Below, one piece after another: positions 46,330 through 59,309 of a DNA stretch of 64,000 nucleotides. The position numbers and the translations under genes were made by a program. Each line of letters starts with the position of its first letter. Within the stretch, counting starts at the first letter, position 1. Where the stretch lies: assembly GCA_964187785.1 (NCBI GenBank), contig OZ076409.1:85438001-85502000 (forward strand), given 5' to 3'. This DNA is from Amphiscolops sp. MND2022 (lineage: Eukaryota). A model generated the notes under the pieces. It did not search any database and was not told the DNA's origin. It saw nothing but the letters and a program-made list of their open reading frames with translations.

Positions 46330-48835
46330 GCGCTCATGTCCTTCCCCAGCGGCTCTAGTGCAGAGTTGGATGGCATTTTGCACCAAATTTTGACAGATTT
46401 GACTGCCAAGTCGAACGAGCAAACTGGACTGAATTTTCTCAGAGCCTTAACAAATCTTGTGAATGTGATTCTCGAAGGAAAAGTATCTTTCGAACTTCGC
46501 CGTACTTCTTTGGTGCGAAACTAATTGCGCTAGAAAAACCCGATGGAGGATTTGCCCTATCGCTGTAGGCAATCATTCCGCCGGTTGTCAGCAAAATGTG
46601 CCGGACACCATGTGTTCGAATCATGTCAAACAAGATATGGAAATCGAAAAGTAGGTGTAGGCACCAAAATTGCTTCGGGCAATAAATTCGATTTATTAAG
46701 TCCGAATTTGAACTAGTACAATAAGTTCGAATGGAATAGTTTCGAGACACCAAGTTCGAATTTTCATATCAGGCATATCCGGTGTAAACTGGACATCTTT
46801 CACACAAGATCTTGAGAGCTCCACCGCCTAGGCTCTAAAGGAATCTAAAAACTGAAATGTGGGGCATATCTGGTGTATGCACGCTCGCCCTCACCGTCGC
46901 AAAGACCAGCTCCCAACACGATCGCTTCGCGATCTCCGTTCCCGCTAGGTCTTTGCTCCTGTTCGACCTCGCTTAGCAAGATGTGAACATAAGCGGCCCC
47001 AAGGGACCACGGGGCACTAGATGAAATGGGGAAATATCAGTGGCACGTTTCATACTTAGTTCAAAACTCGAACACAGTGATTCGAACTTGTTCCGTTTTT
47101 TGGAAAATTCGAATTTAGTCCCTTCGAAATTAAAAATCGAACTTATGCGTTCGAATTTACAACCGTACCCCACCAACAGCGGTGCTGAATTGGCCTCACA
47201 TGTTTTCCGTTGTTCGATAGAAAGCCCCCAGACCAAAAAAAACGTTATTTTAAAAATTGACTATGAAAACGCTTTTAATTCGATAAACCGACAATTCATG
47301 CTGGAGAAAGGTTTTGAAATACATCCTGAACTTTATAAGTACTCACACTCGGTGTCCAGTCAGCCATGTTTTCTTCTTTAGGGTGATTCAGTAATCAAAA
47401 CTTGTGAAGGGACCCAGCGAGGAGATCCTGAGTCTCCAGCTTTATTTTCGGATTCCAATCAGGATCTGATTGACAGTTTGAGGTCAAAAAAAACCTATTG
47501 TACCTTGACGATGGAAATTTAAGTGATAATTACACAACCGTTTTATATGATCTCAAAAATATTGTTGAAGCGGAAAAAACGCTGGGACTCAAAACTAAAC
47601 CCACGAAATGCGAAATTTTTTTCCTAGGTGACATTACTGAAAAACGACAATCGACAATTTTAGCATCTTTCCAAAACTTTTGCCCTGGGATCATAACACC
47701 AAAGAAAGATGAACTTATCATTCTTGGTTCATCGCTCAGCCCGAAATCACAAGCGGACTTATTGGAAAAGAAATTTAAAGCACTGGAAACAGTTAATGGA
47801 ATTGTTGAAAAACTAGATGCGCCCTATGGTTCTTTTATGTTGAAGAATGCTTCAGTCTGCCGTAGTTGTTGTACTTCCTGAGAACCAGTACATGTTTTAA
47901 TCATCCAGTTCTCTTGAAAAAAAAATATGACAAAACCGTACGCGACGGGCTTTCCAAAGTGTGTAACGTGAACTTCGACGATATTTCGGGGACTCAACTG
48001 GCTCTGCCTGCTAAAAAAGGTGGTCTTGGGCTTTCATCCGCATCATTATTAGCACTTTCCTCTTTTCTGGTCTCAGCTTCTGGTGCGAGTGACTTTCTAG
48101 CGACAATTTTCTTGGAAACATTTGGAGATATTTCGTTTACAGAAGCGCTTGAGAAACGGTTGAGTTTGACGAATGAACAGGAAAGTCCTCTCGATGGAAC
48201 TCAGAAACATTGGACACAACCTGTCTACGTCAAATCAGCCCAAGATTTCATTTCTAGAATGGATGACAAACGTTCGAAAGTTTCTACCGCTCATCAAGGC
48301 AAGTTCCGGTCTCAAAGGCTCAACGTCGTTCCTTGCATGAACCTAGGCCTGAAACTTGATGATCAGCAGCTTCGGATTTCAATTCGTTTGCGTCTCAGGG
48401 CCAACATCTGTGTTGCGCATACGTGATACTGTTGTAAAAGAGTTGAACGGGACGGTTTACACTGTCTTTCTTGCACCAAGAGTACTGGTCGCTTCTCACG
48501 TCATGCTACTCTCAATTCTCTCATAGAGCAGACGTTGGGGTCTCTCGACTTGCCTTCAGTGCTCGAACCGCGTGGACTTTACCGAACTGATGGCAAACGC
48601 CCGGACGGAATTACCATGATTCCTTGCGAAATGGGTGAACAGCTGGTGTGGGATGTCACGATTGTGGATGCTCTTGCACCCAGCGGTCTGAATCAAGGCT
48701 CTTTACCCAAGAACAACCGCCACCGAGGCTGAAGCGCGTAAAACTGAGAAGTGCCGCGAATAATTAGTCAATGCATAGTTTTTTCAACCGATGGTCTTGG
48801 AAGTGCAGGGCTCTTTAGGCGAGAGCAGTGAAAGT
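46330..48835 (+). mobile_element. Decayed CRE-like non-LTR retrotransposon (RT plus restriction-like endonuclease), copy 1
   Basis: FPSGSSAELDG, KIDYENAFNSI, YLDDG, and RPDG...WDVT. Has a MITE insertion at ~46669-47170. Confidence 0.85.
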
Positions 48836-49825
48836 TCGCCCGACGATCCGGTTGTTTCTTTTTGATACTGGTCTTCTGGGAGAGTGGCTGGTATGGCTTC
48901 CCTACTTTCGTTGCAGACCACGGGTGTGTGTCTTCTCCTCCCAACATGATGATACACATGGCACTTGATTGATGACGAAGATCCTTGATATCTGATAGAT
49001 GAAAAATAAAACTTCAGTCCTGAAAAGAGAGACATAGCAAGAACGTATATTATAAGGGGTAGAGTTAAAGTAAACCTTAAAACTTTATAGTTTGCAATTT
49101 TCCACAGTAGAACTTGGGTCAAAGTATGTAAACAGGGAACCATAATACGGTCGAATTCCTATCGTCGAAGTTGAAGCTTCGTCATTGGTTGTTCGACTAG
49201 CTTTGAGGTTGTTCTTCGACTTCAAGGATTCGACGTCAGGAATTCGACGTGTCAAACTTGGACGCTATTATGGGACGCCTATGTAAACATGTACAATGTT
49301 GGTAATAATCCCGAGGAATTAGATCTAGTTTGTAGAAAACCAGTTTGTAGAATTCTGCAAACTGGTCCTAGGTGGTCCAGTTTGTAGAAGGTTATTTCTC
49401 TACAAACTGGATCAATAAATTCTACAAACCAGACATCATTCACGCAAGATTCTGAGTGCTCCACCGTCTAAGATCCCCCGCTTAAAATCTAGAGGAAGAA
49501 GATATAAAAACTGAAATGTGGGCACATCCGGTGTATGCACGCTCGCCCTCACTGTTGCAAAGAGTAGCTCGCACTACGATCGCTTCGCGATCTCTGTTCT
49601 CGCTGTTAGGTCTTTGCTCCCGTTCGACCTCGCTTAGCAAGATGGGAACATAAGTCGCGTCAAGGGGCCGCGGGGCACTGGAGAAATTAGGAACAAATCC
49701 GAGGCACGTTTTATACTTTGCATCATTCCTACATTATTGGACCTATTGTTTTTTTCACTTCCAGAAATCTGCAAACTGGTATTTTACAAACTGGATATAA
49801 TCAGTGTGTAGAAAACCAGTTTGTA

Positions 49826-50525
49826 TGTAACGTCCTGCTAGCGGCGCATATCTAGGCAGTGGGACAATGACTAGGTTGCTTAAACAGGAGACCGTTGTCT
49901 TAAGAGAGCCATAGAAATTAGTTTTTCTCCCAAAATGGTCTCCCAGGGGGACTATTCTGACGACTAAGGAGGCTCCTCTAGTTAGAGCTCCGAGGCGACG
50001 CGCCGGAACTCTCAAAGCCCGGACACACCCCACAAGCCAGTAAAAACAATCCTAAAGCGTCTTCCTACATACTTCCGAGGTCCAAATACGTTGTTCAGCA
50101 GAAGTACATTATAATTGCAGTATTAGATCTAAAATTAGCATAATTGGGATCTGCTAGATCCAATTTTATCACAAATCTGCCAAAAACATTGATAACAATG
50201 AAATCAACTACTAGAAGTTCCTCGGGCATCTTCAAGAAGGTCTCGGAGTTTCTGCAAAAGTCCACTGACAGGTTGCACCCTGATTCTGGAGGGTTTCTCC
50301 CGACATTGTCCTGGATGATATTCACCAAACTAGGTTTCGCTCTCTTTTCAGCCTCTTCCGGGTGCCTTCGGATGTCGGGGACGACGGGGTGGTCTATTTG
50401 TACGTTTTTTGGTTCTTCTACGATTTTAGTACCTGCCGGGTTGGCCATCTTGAATATGCTTATTTGATATCGCCCATTTCGAATTTTTAATCGAAAAACC
50501 GTAACATCGATTGCCTGACGTTACA
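49826..50525. mobile_element. Probable solo LTR (or TGT...ACA non-autonomous element), 700 bp
   Basis: Perfect 9-bp terminal inversion TGTAACGTC...GACGTTACA that splits a TTTGTAGAA-motif MITE arm. Confidence 0.6.
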
Positions 50526-50609
50526 GTAGAATCCAGTTTGTAGAAAACAAAATGTCTACAAACTGGACCTCATTTTTCTACAAACTGGATTCTTTAAACA
50601 GGTTTTCAA

Positions 50610-53135
50610 CAAACAGGTTCCACACCAACCCAGGAAGATAAAGATTTTTTTGTAGTCAGTTTCGTTTGCACTGTAGATCTGTTTGACACATTTGCGCTGT
50701 GATTTTTCCGAGGAAACAAAACAAGATACATTGGAAACAATCACAGGGGAACGGTATAAAAGAGCTCCAATGATTACAGGTTTATAAAGCGACTTTTTCG
50801 TTAAGGTAGGAATAGAAAAAGGGTCATTACGCTTCATTAGATAGGCAAGCTTGAGACATTTGAAAGGTCGTTTGTTGATCTAAGGTTCACAACTCAAAGT
50901 TGTAGTCAAGATAACCCCGAGATCTCTGAAGTTACTAGCTTCTTCTGGAAAGACATCAAGAAGTATTGTATCATCGAATGATCGGTTGAAAGAGGGTACT
51001 TTTGATTTGCTTGGCTGGAATTCAAGACCATTCAAACATGACCATTTCATAAGTTCATCAAGATTCTGTTGGATATTGTCCAATGCGGCATTAGAAAGTA
51101 GCTTAAGATCATCAGCGTAGAGAAAATACTCACAACAAATGAGATTTTCCCCGACTACATTTACATACGAAAAGGAGTGGACCGAGTACACTTCCCTGCG
51201 GTCCTCTAGATGTGACAGCACGTTGTTTGAATGGAACGTTGTTTAGTCTAACGCATTAAGTTCTGTTAGTCAAATAAAAATCAAGCAGATGAAGAAAGTA
51301 TTTGTCAAGATTGTAGACAGTGTGAAGTTTGGACAACACTTAATCATGTGGAACACTATCGAAAGCTTCACGTATGTCAAAATAAATCGAAAGGTAAAAC
51401 AGTCTTCTATTTTTGTTCTGATAGAAGAGATCGACAAAGTCACTGAGAAGTTGCGTCACTGTACTTTTGCCTCGAACGAAACTATGTTCATATCGTGATG
51501 AGATTTCGGACCTTATCGTATAAACACTTGAAAATGATTCTTTCGAAGACACGCGACAATTTAGGGACGATGCTAATAGGTTTGTAGTTGTCAACATGAT
51601 ACGGTGAATCAGATAAATGAATAGGTGTAACCCAGAACTCTTTCCAGGTATCAGGTCAAGGTTTCAAATAAGGAAAACCCAGGAACAAAAGATGTACTAA
51701 AGGAATGAGAACCATGCTTAAGTACAACCATGCTTAAGTAAAAACCTAGCAAGTAGTTCTGATGCAAAGGAGGACGTGTCAGGAGCGTAACATCACTGTT
51801 AATAAAAATCGTTTTGCGGCAGGAACACTTCAGAAAAACGAATAGTCGGAATATTCTTTTTATTACACCAAGGTTGTATCGAAAAATCGTGTTTTGTAGG
51901 ACAAACTGAACAGAAGTAATCATCGGGAAGCTCAGCAACAGATTCTGGTCCATGTGCAGACTTATTTCCCCAGTACATTAAATTGGGTATGTTTCTGAAA
52001 TATTTGAAGGAACGAAGCAAGGAAAAACAGTGTGAGATTCAGTAACAGAGTACTTCCATTAACGTGAGCTAGTTTGTCAAGTTCTATTGCATCATCAAGG
52101 TTGATAGAATAGAAAACTGCTTCATTTTGAAAGATTGATGAAGAGACTAACTCTTGAAAATTTTCCTGCGTGAGCTGTTTCTCATATTTGTCAAGTGCAT
52201 AGTATGCGATAAGCAAAGTTCAGGGGGCATAACTCTTTTGGAGCGTTTGATTTGGATATATTCATTGGTCGCCTGAGTTAATATTGCAAGCCAATTTGCC
52301 AGGTATTCCTCATTGTAGGTGAGGTATGTAGAAATAAAATTGTAAAGACTAGAAAAATTGTAATTGAGTGTGCCAAGGCGGAAGAGAGACTTAGAGAAGC
52401 TGGCAGTGACATCATTGGGAGGTGTGTAATCAACTGTGATGATCAATTGTGTTGGATACTGATCAGAAAAAGACTTCCGTGTAGTCATATAAGTAGTGTC
52501 ATCTGAAGTGGTACTGAGAAAATTTAATGAATTACCAGAGATATGACTAGGACTTCTCTCCATTTGAAACACATCAAGTGATTTTAGGAGTTGGAGAAAA
52601 CAAGACTCATCATTTTTCTGACGAACTAGTTCATCCGATTTGACACCTGAATAGTTGAAGTCCCCAACAATAAGGTCTTCGCTACGACAGTTGGCGACGT
52701 TTTTGGAAATGTTTCGGAAGTCCTCAATGTACTTCATAATAGATCAATGAATTTCAACAAAGAGGATTTTCTGAATTCACTGGTGGTTTAGAACTGAAAA
52801 TAAAAAATTTCATGTAACTCGATGACCCGAGATAACGGCATCAGCTGAAGTTAACTTTATCGTCACAGATATCTACTATGCAATATTGATTCATTGTGTG
52901 GGCTAAGATTTCAACGCCAACATGCTGATTTTTCAAATGGTCTTTTTTGGAAATTAATTTGAAATGAGAGTTACGGACAGTTTTTTAATTCATAATGTCA
53001 TCGGATAACCAGTTCTCTGTTAAGAAAGCAATGTCAAAATTAGAAATTCTCCGTAACTTGTCAAGGCGAACTCTCTTTTCCTCATTGATGAGTGATTAGC
53101 AGTTTAGAAAGTGATCAGATGTAAGGTAGATTGTC
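50610..53135 (-). mobile_element. Decayed CR1/L2-type LINE ORF2 (APE plus RT)
   Basis: LIVGDFN (52147-52737), DIREAFDSVPH (51340-51597), LYADDLKL (50880-51221), LYKPVIIGALLY. Confidence 0.8.
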
Positions 53136-53159
53136 AAGTTGTAGGTGGCTGGACAGATG

Positions 53160-54785
53160 TCACCCAGATGTGACAGATGATCAAGCAGCCGTTACAGTGG
53201 TGTTCGACCTGGAGAATGGTGGTCAACGGTAGGAAGACAGAAATTATCTTTTTCATTGGTGAAGCAAGCAACATTAATCCCCTCTTGCTTAATGATGATC
53301 TCTGCCAAATCAAGAGCCACACTAAATCACCTGACTGTCAGTTTACATTCCGACAACTTGCAGAAACAACAACTGTTCAAGCAAACTGAAAATGGAACAC
53401 GATATCTTGCTCATGTTAAAACAAATGGAGCCTCACCGTTCCAACTTTGATTCTGCTGTTCAAGACAACAGTTCTTTCCTTCCCTCCTTTTGTATGCCTC
53501 CCAGATCTGGTTTGAATGAAATCGCTGTAACATTCGAAGATTTCAAAATGACTCCATCAGAACGGTTTTCAAGCACAGTTTTTTGTCGAATATCGAGAGT
53601 TGTCAAGTGTTACTGGGCGTATCAGCCATTGATAGAATATGGGACAGTTTGCCGAAACCCAGTTTGCCGAATTCGGCAAATTGTCTCTCGGATTCGGCAA
53701 ATTAGGTTTCGGCAAACTGGGTTTCATCAAACTGGGCATATACCCCTGAATATGGGACAGTTTGCCGAATTCGGCAAATTGTCCCTACCTTGCCCAGTTT
53801 GCCGAAAAAACAAATTGGCAAACTGTCCCTCGAATTCGGCAAATTGGGTTCCGGCCAGGGATATCAATACCAATACCAATACCAATACCAATACCAAAAC
53901 ATCAATACTAGGGCTTCAATACCAATACCAATACCAATACCAATACCGTGCAAATCCTCAATACCAATATCAATACCAAACTTTTTCAATACTTCAATTC
54001 CATTTTTGAACACCTTATATTTGCACAATTTTTACAGTTTTATAATCCCATTACGCATTCCTAATTTTTTTTCACCTATTTTGTTCGTATCGTGTTGAGT
54101 TTTTGATATTTTTTGTTTTTGTCATCTTGATTATGAGAACTGATAATGTCGAACGAAAATGAGTCTGAAATTGCACCTGAGGTGGTAAATGAATAACGCG
54201 TAAATTTTATATTGAAATTTAAACTATGATACACTATACCCTTTATTTTTAAAAAGTTGTTAGTATTTTGATCAATACCAATATATGCGATCAGGTATTG
54301 ATCAATACCAATACCAATACCTGAGGCCAGGTATTGATCAATACCAATACCAATACCAACTTTGCTCAATACCAATACCAAAGTTTCGAGGTAATGACAT
54401 CCCTGGTTTGAGCAAACTGGGCATTGATATATTGAGTTCGAGTATCAACATTCCTCATAAAAGTCAAACTAGCGAATGATCTTCTCACAGCGACCTATGA
54501 TTCTTTGGTATTAGGACAAAAAGTGATGCTAATATTTTGAAAGGTCATTTTAGAAGATTTGTCAAACTGGTGACCAATGACAACAGGTGTTACACTGTGG
54601 ATAACGATTTCATCGAACTCATGTGGAGACGTAGATGGACAGCTTCGGACAACAACTCCTTCCTCAAATGTTATACTGAGACGACACCGACCTACAATCA
54701 CTTCATTCTATTTTTAAACTGTTCAAAATACGAAGCAAACAAGATCTGTGAACTTCTGGGAAATTCATTCTCTTCATCTGATTAG
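53160..54785 (+). mobile_element. 3' fragment of another LINE, split by nested MITEs at ~53638-54421
   Basis: QWCSTWRMVVNGRKTEII (RT thumb-like), a C-terminal H..L.CSKY remnant, and CATTGATA duplicated around the insert. Confidence 0.5.
53856..54405. mobile_element. hAT-like MITE with (CAATAC)n subterminal arrays
   Basis: TIR CAGGGATATCAATAC vs reverse complement CAGGGATGTCATTAC, with a diverged 8-bp TSD GTTCCGGC/GTTTGAGC. Inserted in a TTCGGCAAA-motif element. Confidence 0.8.
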
Positions 54786-55189
54786 GTCTGGAAGTGGAGT
54801 AAAAACGCATCACCCTTATGATTGTGGAGCTTCAGAAGAAACTGCTAAACACTATTTAGATCCCTAAAAATTTGATAAATTGGACCTAATGTGTATGTAA
54901 AGACGACAGCGACTAATTGTTGTGATGGGCTTGTTGAATAGCTTCAGAGATGGCAATGATTTGAATTTGAGACACCTGGACAACATCTCTGACGCTGTTT
55001 TATTGGTTTGTTGCTGCACTTGGGCTGAAAGAACCATCACAACCCGGTGAGATAATTCTATTTTTATTTCATTTTAACAATTCAAGGTTTTGTTCTATAT
55101 ACGGACTGCTTCACTGTTGTGATTGTTTTTTTGGGGAGATTGGCACACACCCAAATGTGGTATTCCTGCAATTGGTTAGGTTTTGAGGT

Positions 55190-58100
55190 TGAGTTGTGAT
55201 GAAAAACAACGAAACCTGCAACGCTCCGAAGTGTCTGAAACCCTCAGGGTTGATCGACTGGATCAATTGTAAGCTTTGAAACGGATGGGTGCACATAAAA
55301 TGCGCCAATTTATCAAGAACGGAAGCCCGGAGTCTTGCCGAAGTTGAACGTAGTAGGTGCTCTTTAGTGAACACAATCCCTCAGTGTCTGGATGATAACT
55401 TTAGACCAGACACCCTTTTTAATTCAGGCGTTGTTCACTTGAAAAGAGTTCCTAAAAAGTCACGGATCCCCCTAGCTGAACACTTGATACCCAAAATTAA
55501 TGATATTTGTGAAACCCCGTCAAACATTGCCTTGTAGTGCTAACTGTTCTCCTCTCTAAGCTATTTTTTGGAAAAACCGCCTCGAGGAGGTAAACGTCAG
55601 CGGTCATCACTTAGTGCAATTATCAACAAGGGTATTCGGGATGGTGTCCTTGAGAAAAAACCGAAACGCGACAGAAAACCGCAGCAAAAAAGCGAGTTAG
55701 ATCGACGACTGCGTCCCATTTGCACTAAATTAGACGAAAGTAATGTTAAGGCCGGAGTCAGAATGGCATTAGGCGACGACAAAATTGCAGATTTCACGGT
55801 CGACAACTACGGTGCCCTTAAGCGGAAACATCCGCAGAGGGAAACATGCTCTGTTCCGGACCCCACAGTTATCGATTGTTTTTCAACCTCGGAGTTTTTT
55901 GTCCACGATGCTCTCATGTCCTTCCCCAACGGCTCTAGTGCAGGATTGGATGGCACTTCGCCCCAAATTTTGAAAGATTTGACTGCCAAGTCGAACGGGC
56001 AAACTGGACTGAATTTTCTCAGAGCCTCAAGAAATCTTTTGAATGTGATTCTCGAAGGAAAAGTACCTTTCGACCTTCGGCCGTACTTCTTTGGTGCGAA
56101 ACTATTTGCGCTAAAAAAGCCCGATGGGGGACTTCGTCCTATCGCTATAGGCAAAAATTTCTGCCGATTGTCCGCAAAATGTGCCGGATACCATGTCTTC
56201 GAATCACGTCAAGCAAGATATGGAAATCGACAAGTAGGTGTAGGCACCAAAAGGGGCGCTGAATTGGCCTCACATGTTTTCCGTTGTTTGATAGAAAGCC
56301 CACAACCCAAAAAAACGTAGTTTTGAAAATTGACTTCGAAAACGCTTTCAATTCGATAAACCGGCAATTCATGCTAGAGAAAGTTTAGAAATACACCCTG
56401 AAGTTTATAAGTATTCACACTTGGCGTACAGGCAGCCAAGTTTTCTTTTTTACGGTGATTCAATAATCAAATCTTGTGAAGGGACCCAGCAAGGTGATCT
56501 TCAGTCTCCAGCTTTGTTTTCGGATTCCATTCAGGATCTGATTGACAGTTTGGAGTCGAAAATAAACTTATGGTACCTAGACGATGGAAATTCAAGAGAT
56601 GATTACCGAAGCGTTTTGAAAGATCTCAATAAACTTGTTGAAAGAAGGCTGGGACCCAAAATCAAACCCACGAAATGTGAAATTCTTTCCCTGGTGACAT
56701 CACTGAAAAACGACGATTGACAATTTTAGCATCTATCCAGAATACTTTTGCCCCGGGATCAAAACACCAAAGAAAGTTGAACTTATCATTTTTGGTTCAC
56801 CGCTCGGCCCGAAATCACAAGCAGACTTATTGGAAAAAAATTAATGAACTGGACAAAGTTAACGGGGTTGTTGAAAAACTAGATGCGCACTATGGTTTTT
56901 ATATGTTGAAGAATTGCTTCAATTTGCCAAAATTGTTCCTGTGAACCAGTACATGTTTTAATCATCCAGCTATCTTGGAGAAATATGACAAAACCGTGCG
57001 CGACGGACTTTCCAAAGTGTGTAACGTGAACTTCGACGATATTTCGAGTACTCAGATGGCTCTGCCTGCTGAGATGGGTTGTCTTGGGGTTTCATCCGCA
57101 TTACTATTAGCACTTCCCGCTTTTTTGACCTCAACTTTTTGTGCGAGTGACTTTCTCACGACAATTTTCTCGGAAACATTCGAAGATGTTTCATTTACAA
57201 AAGCACTTGAGAAATAGTTGAGTTTGACGAATGAACAAGAAAGTACTCTCGATGGAACCCAGAAAAAATGGACACAACCTGTCTTCGTCAAAACCGCCCA
57301 AGATTTGATTTCTAGAATGGATGACAAACGTTCGAAAGTTTTCAACGCTCATCAAGGTAAATTCGGGTCTCAATGGCTGAACGTCGTTCCTTGCAAGAAC
57401 CTAGGCCTGAAACTTGATGATCAGTAACTTCGAATATCAATTGGTTTGCGTCTCGGTGCCAACATCTGCGTTGGGCATACATGCCACTGTGGTATAAGAG
57501 TTGGGAGTGTACGCCTTTCATCTAATTGGTTGGGTCTAATGGAATTAGATCTAACTGTTAGGTCTAACTTTCAGATCTAATTTTATCTAAAATACTTAGG
57601 TCTAACCCCTTTATGATGTAAATGTGTTCTGAAAGCGAAAATATAATGTGGGGCATATGCGATGTATGCACGCTCGCACTCACCGTCGCAAAGACCAGCT
57701 CCCACTACGATCGCTTCGCGATCTCCGTTCCCGCTAGGTCTTTGCTCCTGTCCGACCTCGTTTAGCAAGATGGGAATATAAGCGGCCCCAAGGGGCCGCG
57801 GGGCACTAGAGGAAATTGAGACATATCCGAGGCACGTTTTATACTTTATATCACTTTTTAGTTTTAGATCATAATTGATCTATTTTTTTCTCAAATTAGA
57901 TCAAATTAGAAGAGATTTTTAGACCTGTTTATTTAGATCAATTTATTCAGATCTCAGTTTTGCCCCCTCTCTTAGATCTAATCCATTAGACTTGATTCCA
58001 CGTAGCCAGAGAGTTGAACGGGACGGTTTACACGGTCTTTCTTTCACCAAGAGTGCTGGTCGCTTCTCACGTCGTGCTACTTTCAATTCTCTCATAAAGC

Positions 58101-58530
58101 AGACGTTGGAATGTCTCGACTTGCCTTCAATGCTCGAATCGCGTGGACTGTACCGAACTGATGGCAAACGCCCAGACGGTGTTACCATGATTCCTTGGGA
58201 AATGGGTAAACAGCTGCTGTGAGATGTCACGGTTGTGGATGCTCTTGCACGCAGTCGCCTGAATCAAGGCTTCTTATGCAACCCAGGAACCACCGCCACC
58301 GAGGCTAAAGCGCGTGAAATTGAGAAGTATCGCGAATTAATAGACAATGGATACATTTTTCAGCCCGTGGCCTTGAAAGTACAGGGTTCTTTAGGCGAGA
58401 GCAGTGAAATTTTCATCACGCGTCTCTGTAAAATGCTCTGTCGTTCGCACGACGATCAACGAACTGGCAGCTTTTTGAAGCAACGGATTTCAATGGCTCT
58501 TCAGATCAACAATGCGGCCTGTGTTCTAGG
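55190..58530 (+). mobile_element. Decayed CRE-like non-LTR retrotransposon, copy 2 (PHD-like N-terminus, RT, Cys/His finger, RLE)
   Basis: DWINC..GWVHIKC, FPNGSSAGLDG, KPDGGLRPIAIG, GTQQGD, WYLDDG, CHCG, RPDG, EKY, QRISMALQ. MITE insertions at ~57503-58007 and 58531. Confidence 0.88.
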
Positions 58531-59085
58531 GGTAAATGATCACTTGGCTTAATGCCATTTGGCGCAAGGTCATTTGGCTTAATACAATTGGTCACTTGGG
58601 TTAATTTTTTTAAGCTAAGTGTCTCGGGTATTGGTCACTTGGGTTAAAGTCATTTGACTTAAAACCACTTAGTTGAAAACACGTGGCAGATTTTGTCGAA
58701 TTTATCTTTGTAACGTAGTCAGCGTCTTATTATAACATGTCACATCAAGTACCCTGGATATGTCCCCATTTCCTCTAGTGCCCTGCGGCCCCTTGGGGCC
58801 GCTTATATTCCCATCTTGCTAAGCGAGGTCGAACAGGAGCAAAGACCTAGCGGGAACGAAGATCGCGAAGCGATCGTAGTGGGAGCTGGTCTTTGCGACG
58901 GTGAGGGCGAGCGTGCATAAACCGCATATACCCCACATTATAACATTTCCGGGGGTTGACATATTTATTCCTTGAGTTGGAATGGAGTTGGCTTAATTTT
59001 GAGGTCACTTGGCTTAAAACTTTTAAGCCAAATGACTCGACGAAAAAATTAAGCTAAATGGTATTAAGCCAAGTGACTGGTAACC
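58531..59085. mobile_element. MITE with TAAGCCAAGTGAC arms and the shared core
   Basis: Perfect 8-bp TSD GTTCTAGG (58523-58530 and 59086-59093), ~30-bp imperfect TIRs starting GGT. Confidence 0.85.
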
Positions 59086-59095
59086 GTTCTAGGAA

Positions 59096-59262
<167 letters not shown>

Positions 59263-59309
59263 GGCTTTTGTGCATCAGCACAGGGGACAGTGTCCCGGAG
59301 TGTTCGAGT

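Noticed and set aside
53392..54479. YQYQ/IPIP/NTNT repeat ORFs
   Set aside because: These come from (CAATAC)n subterminal arrays of a hAT-like MITE.
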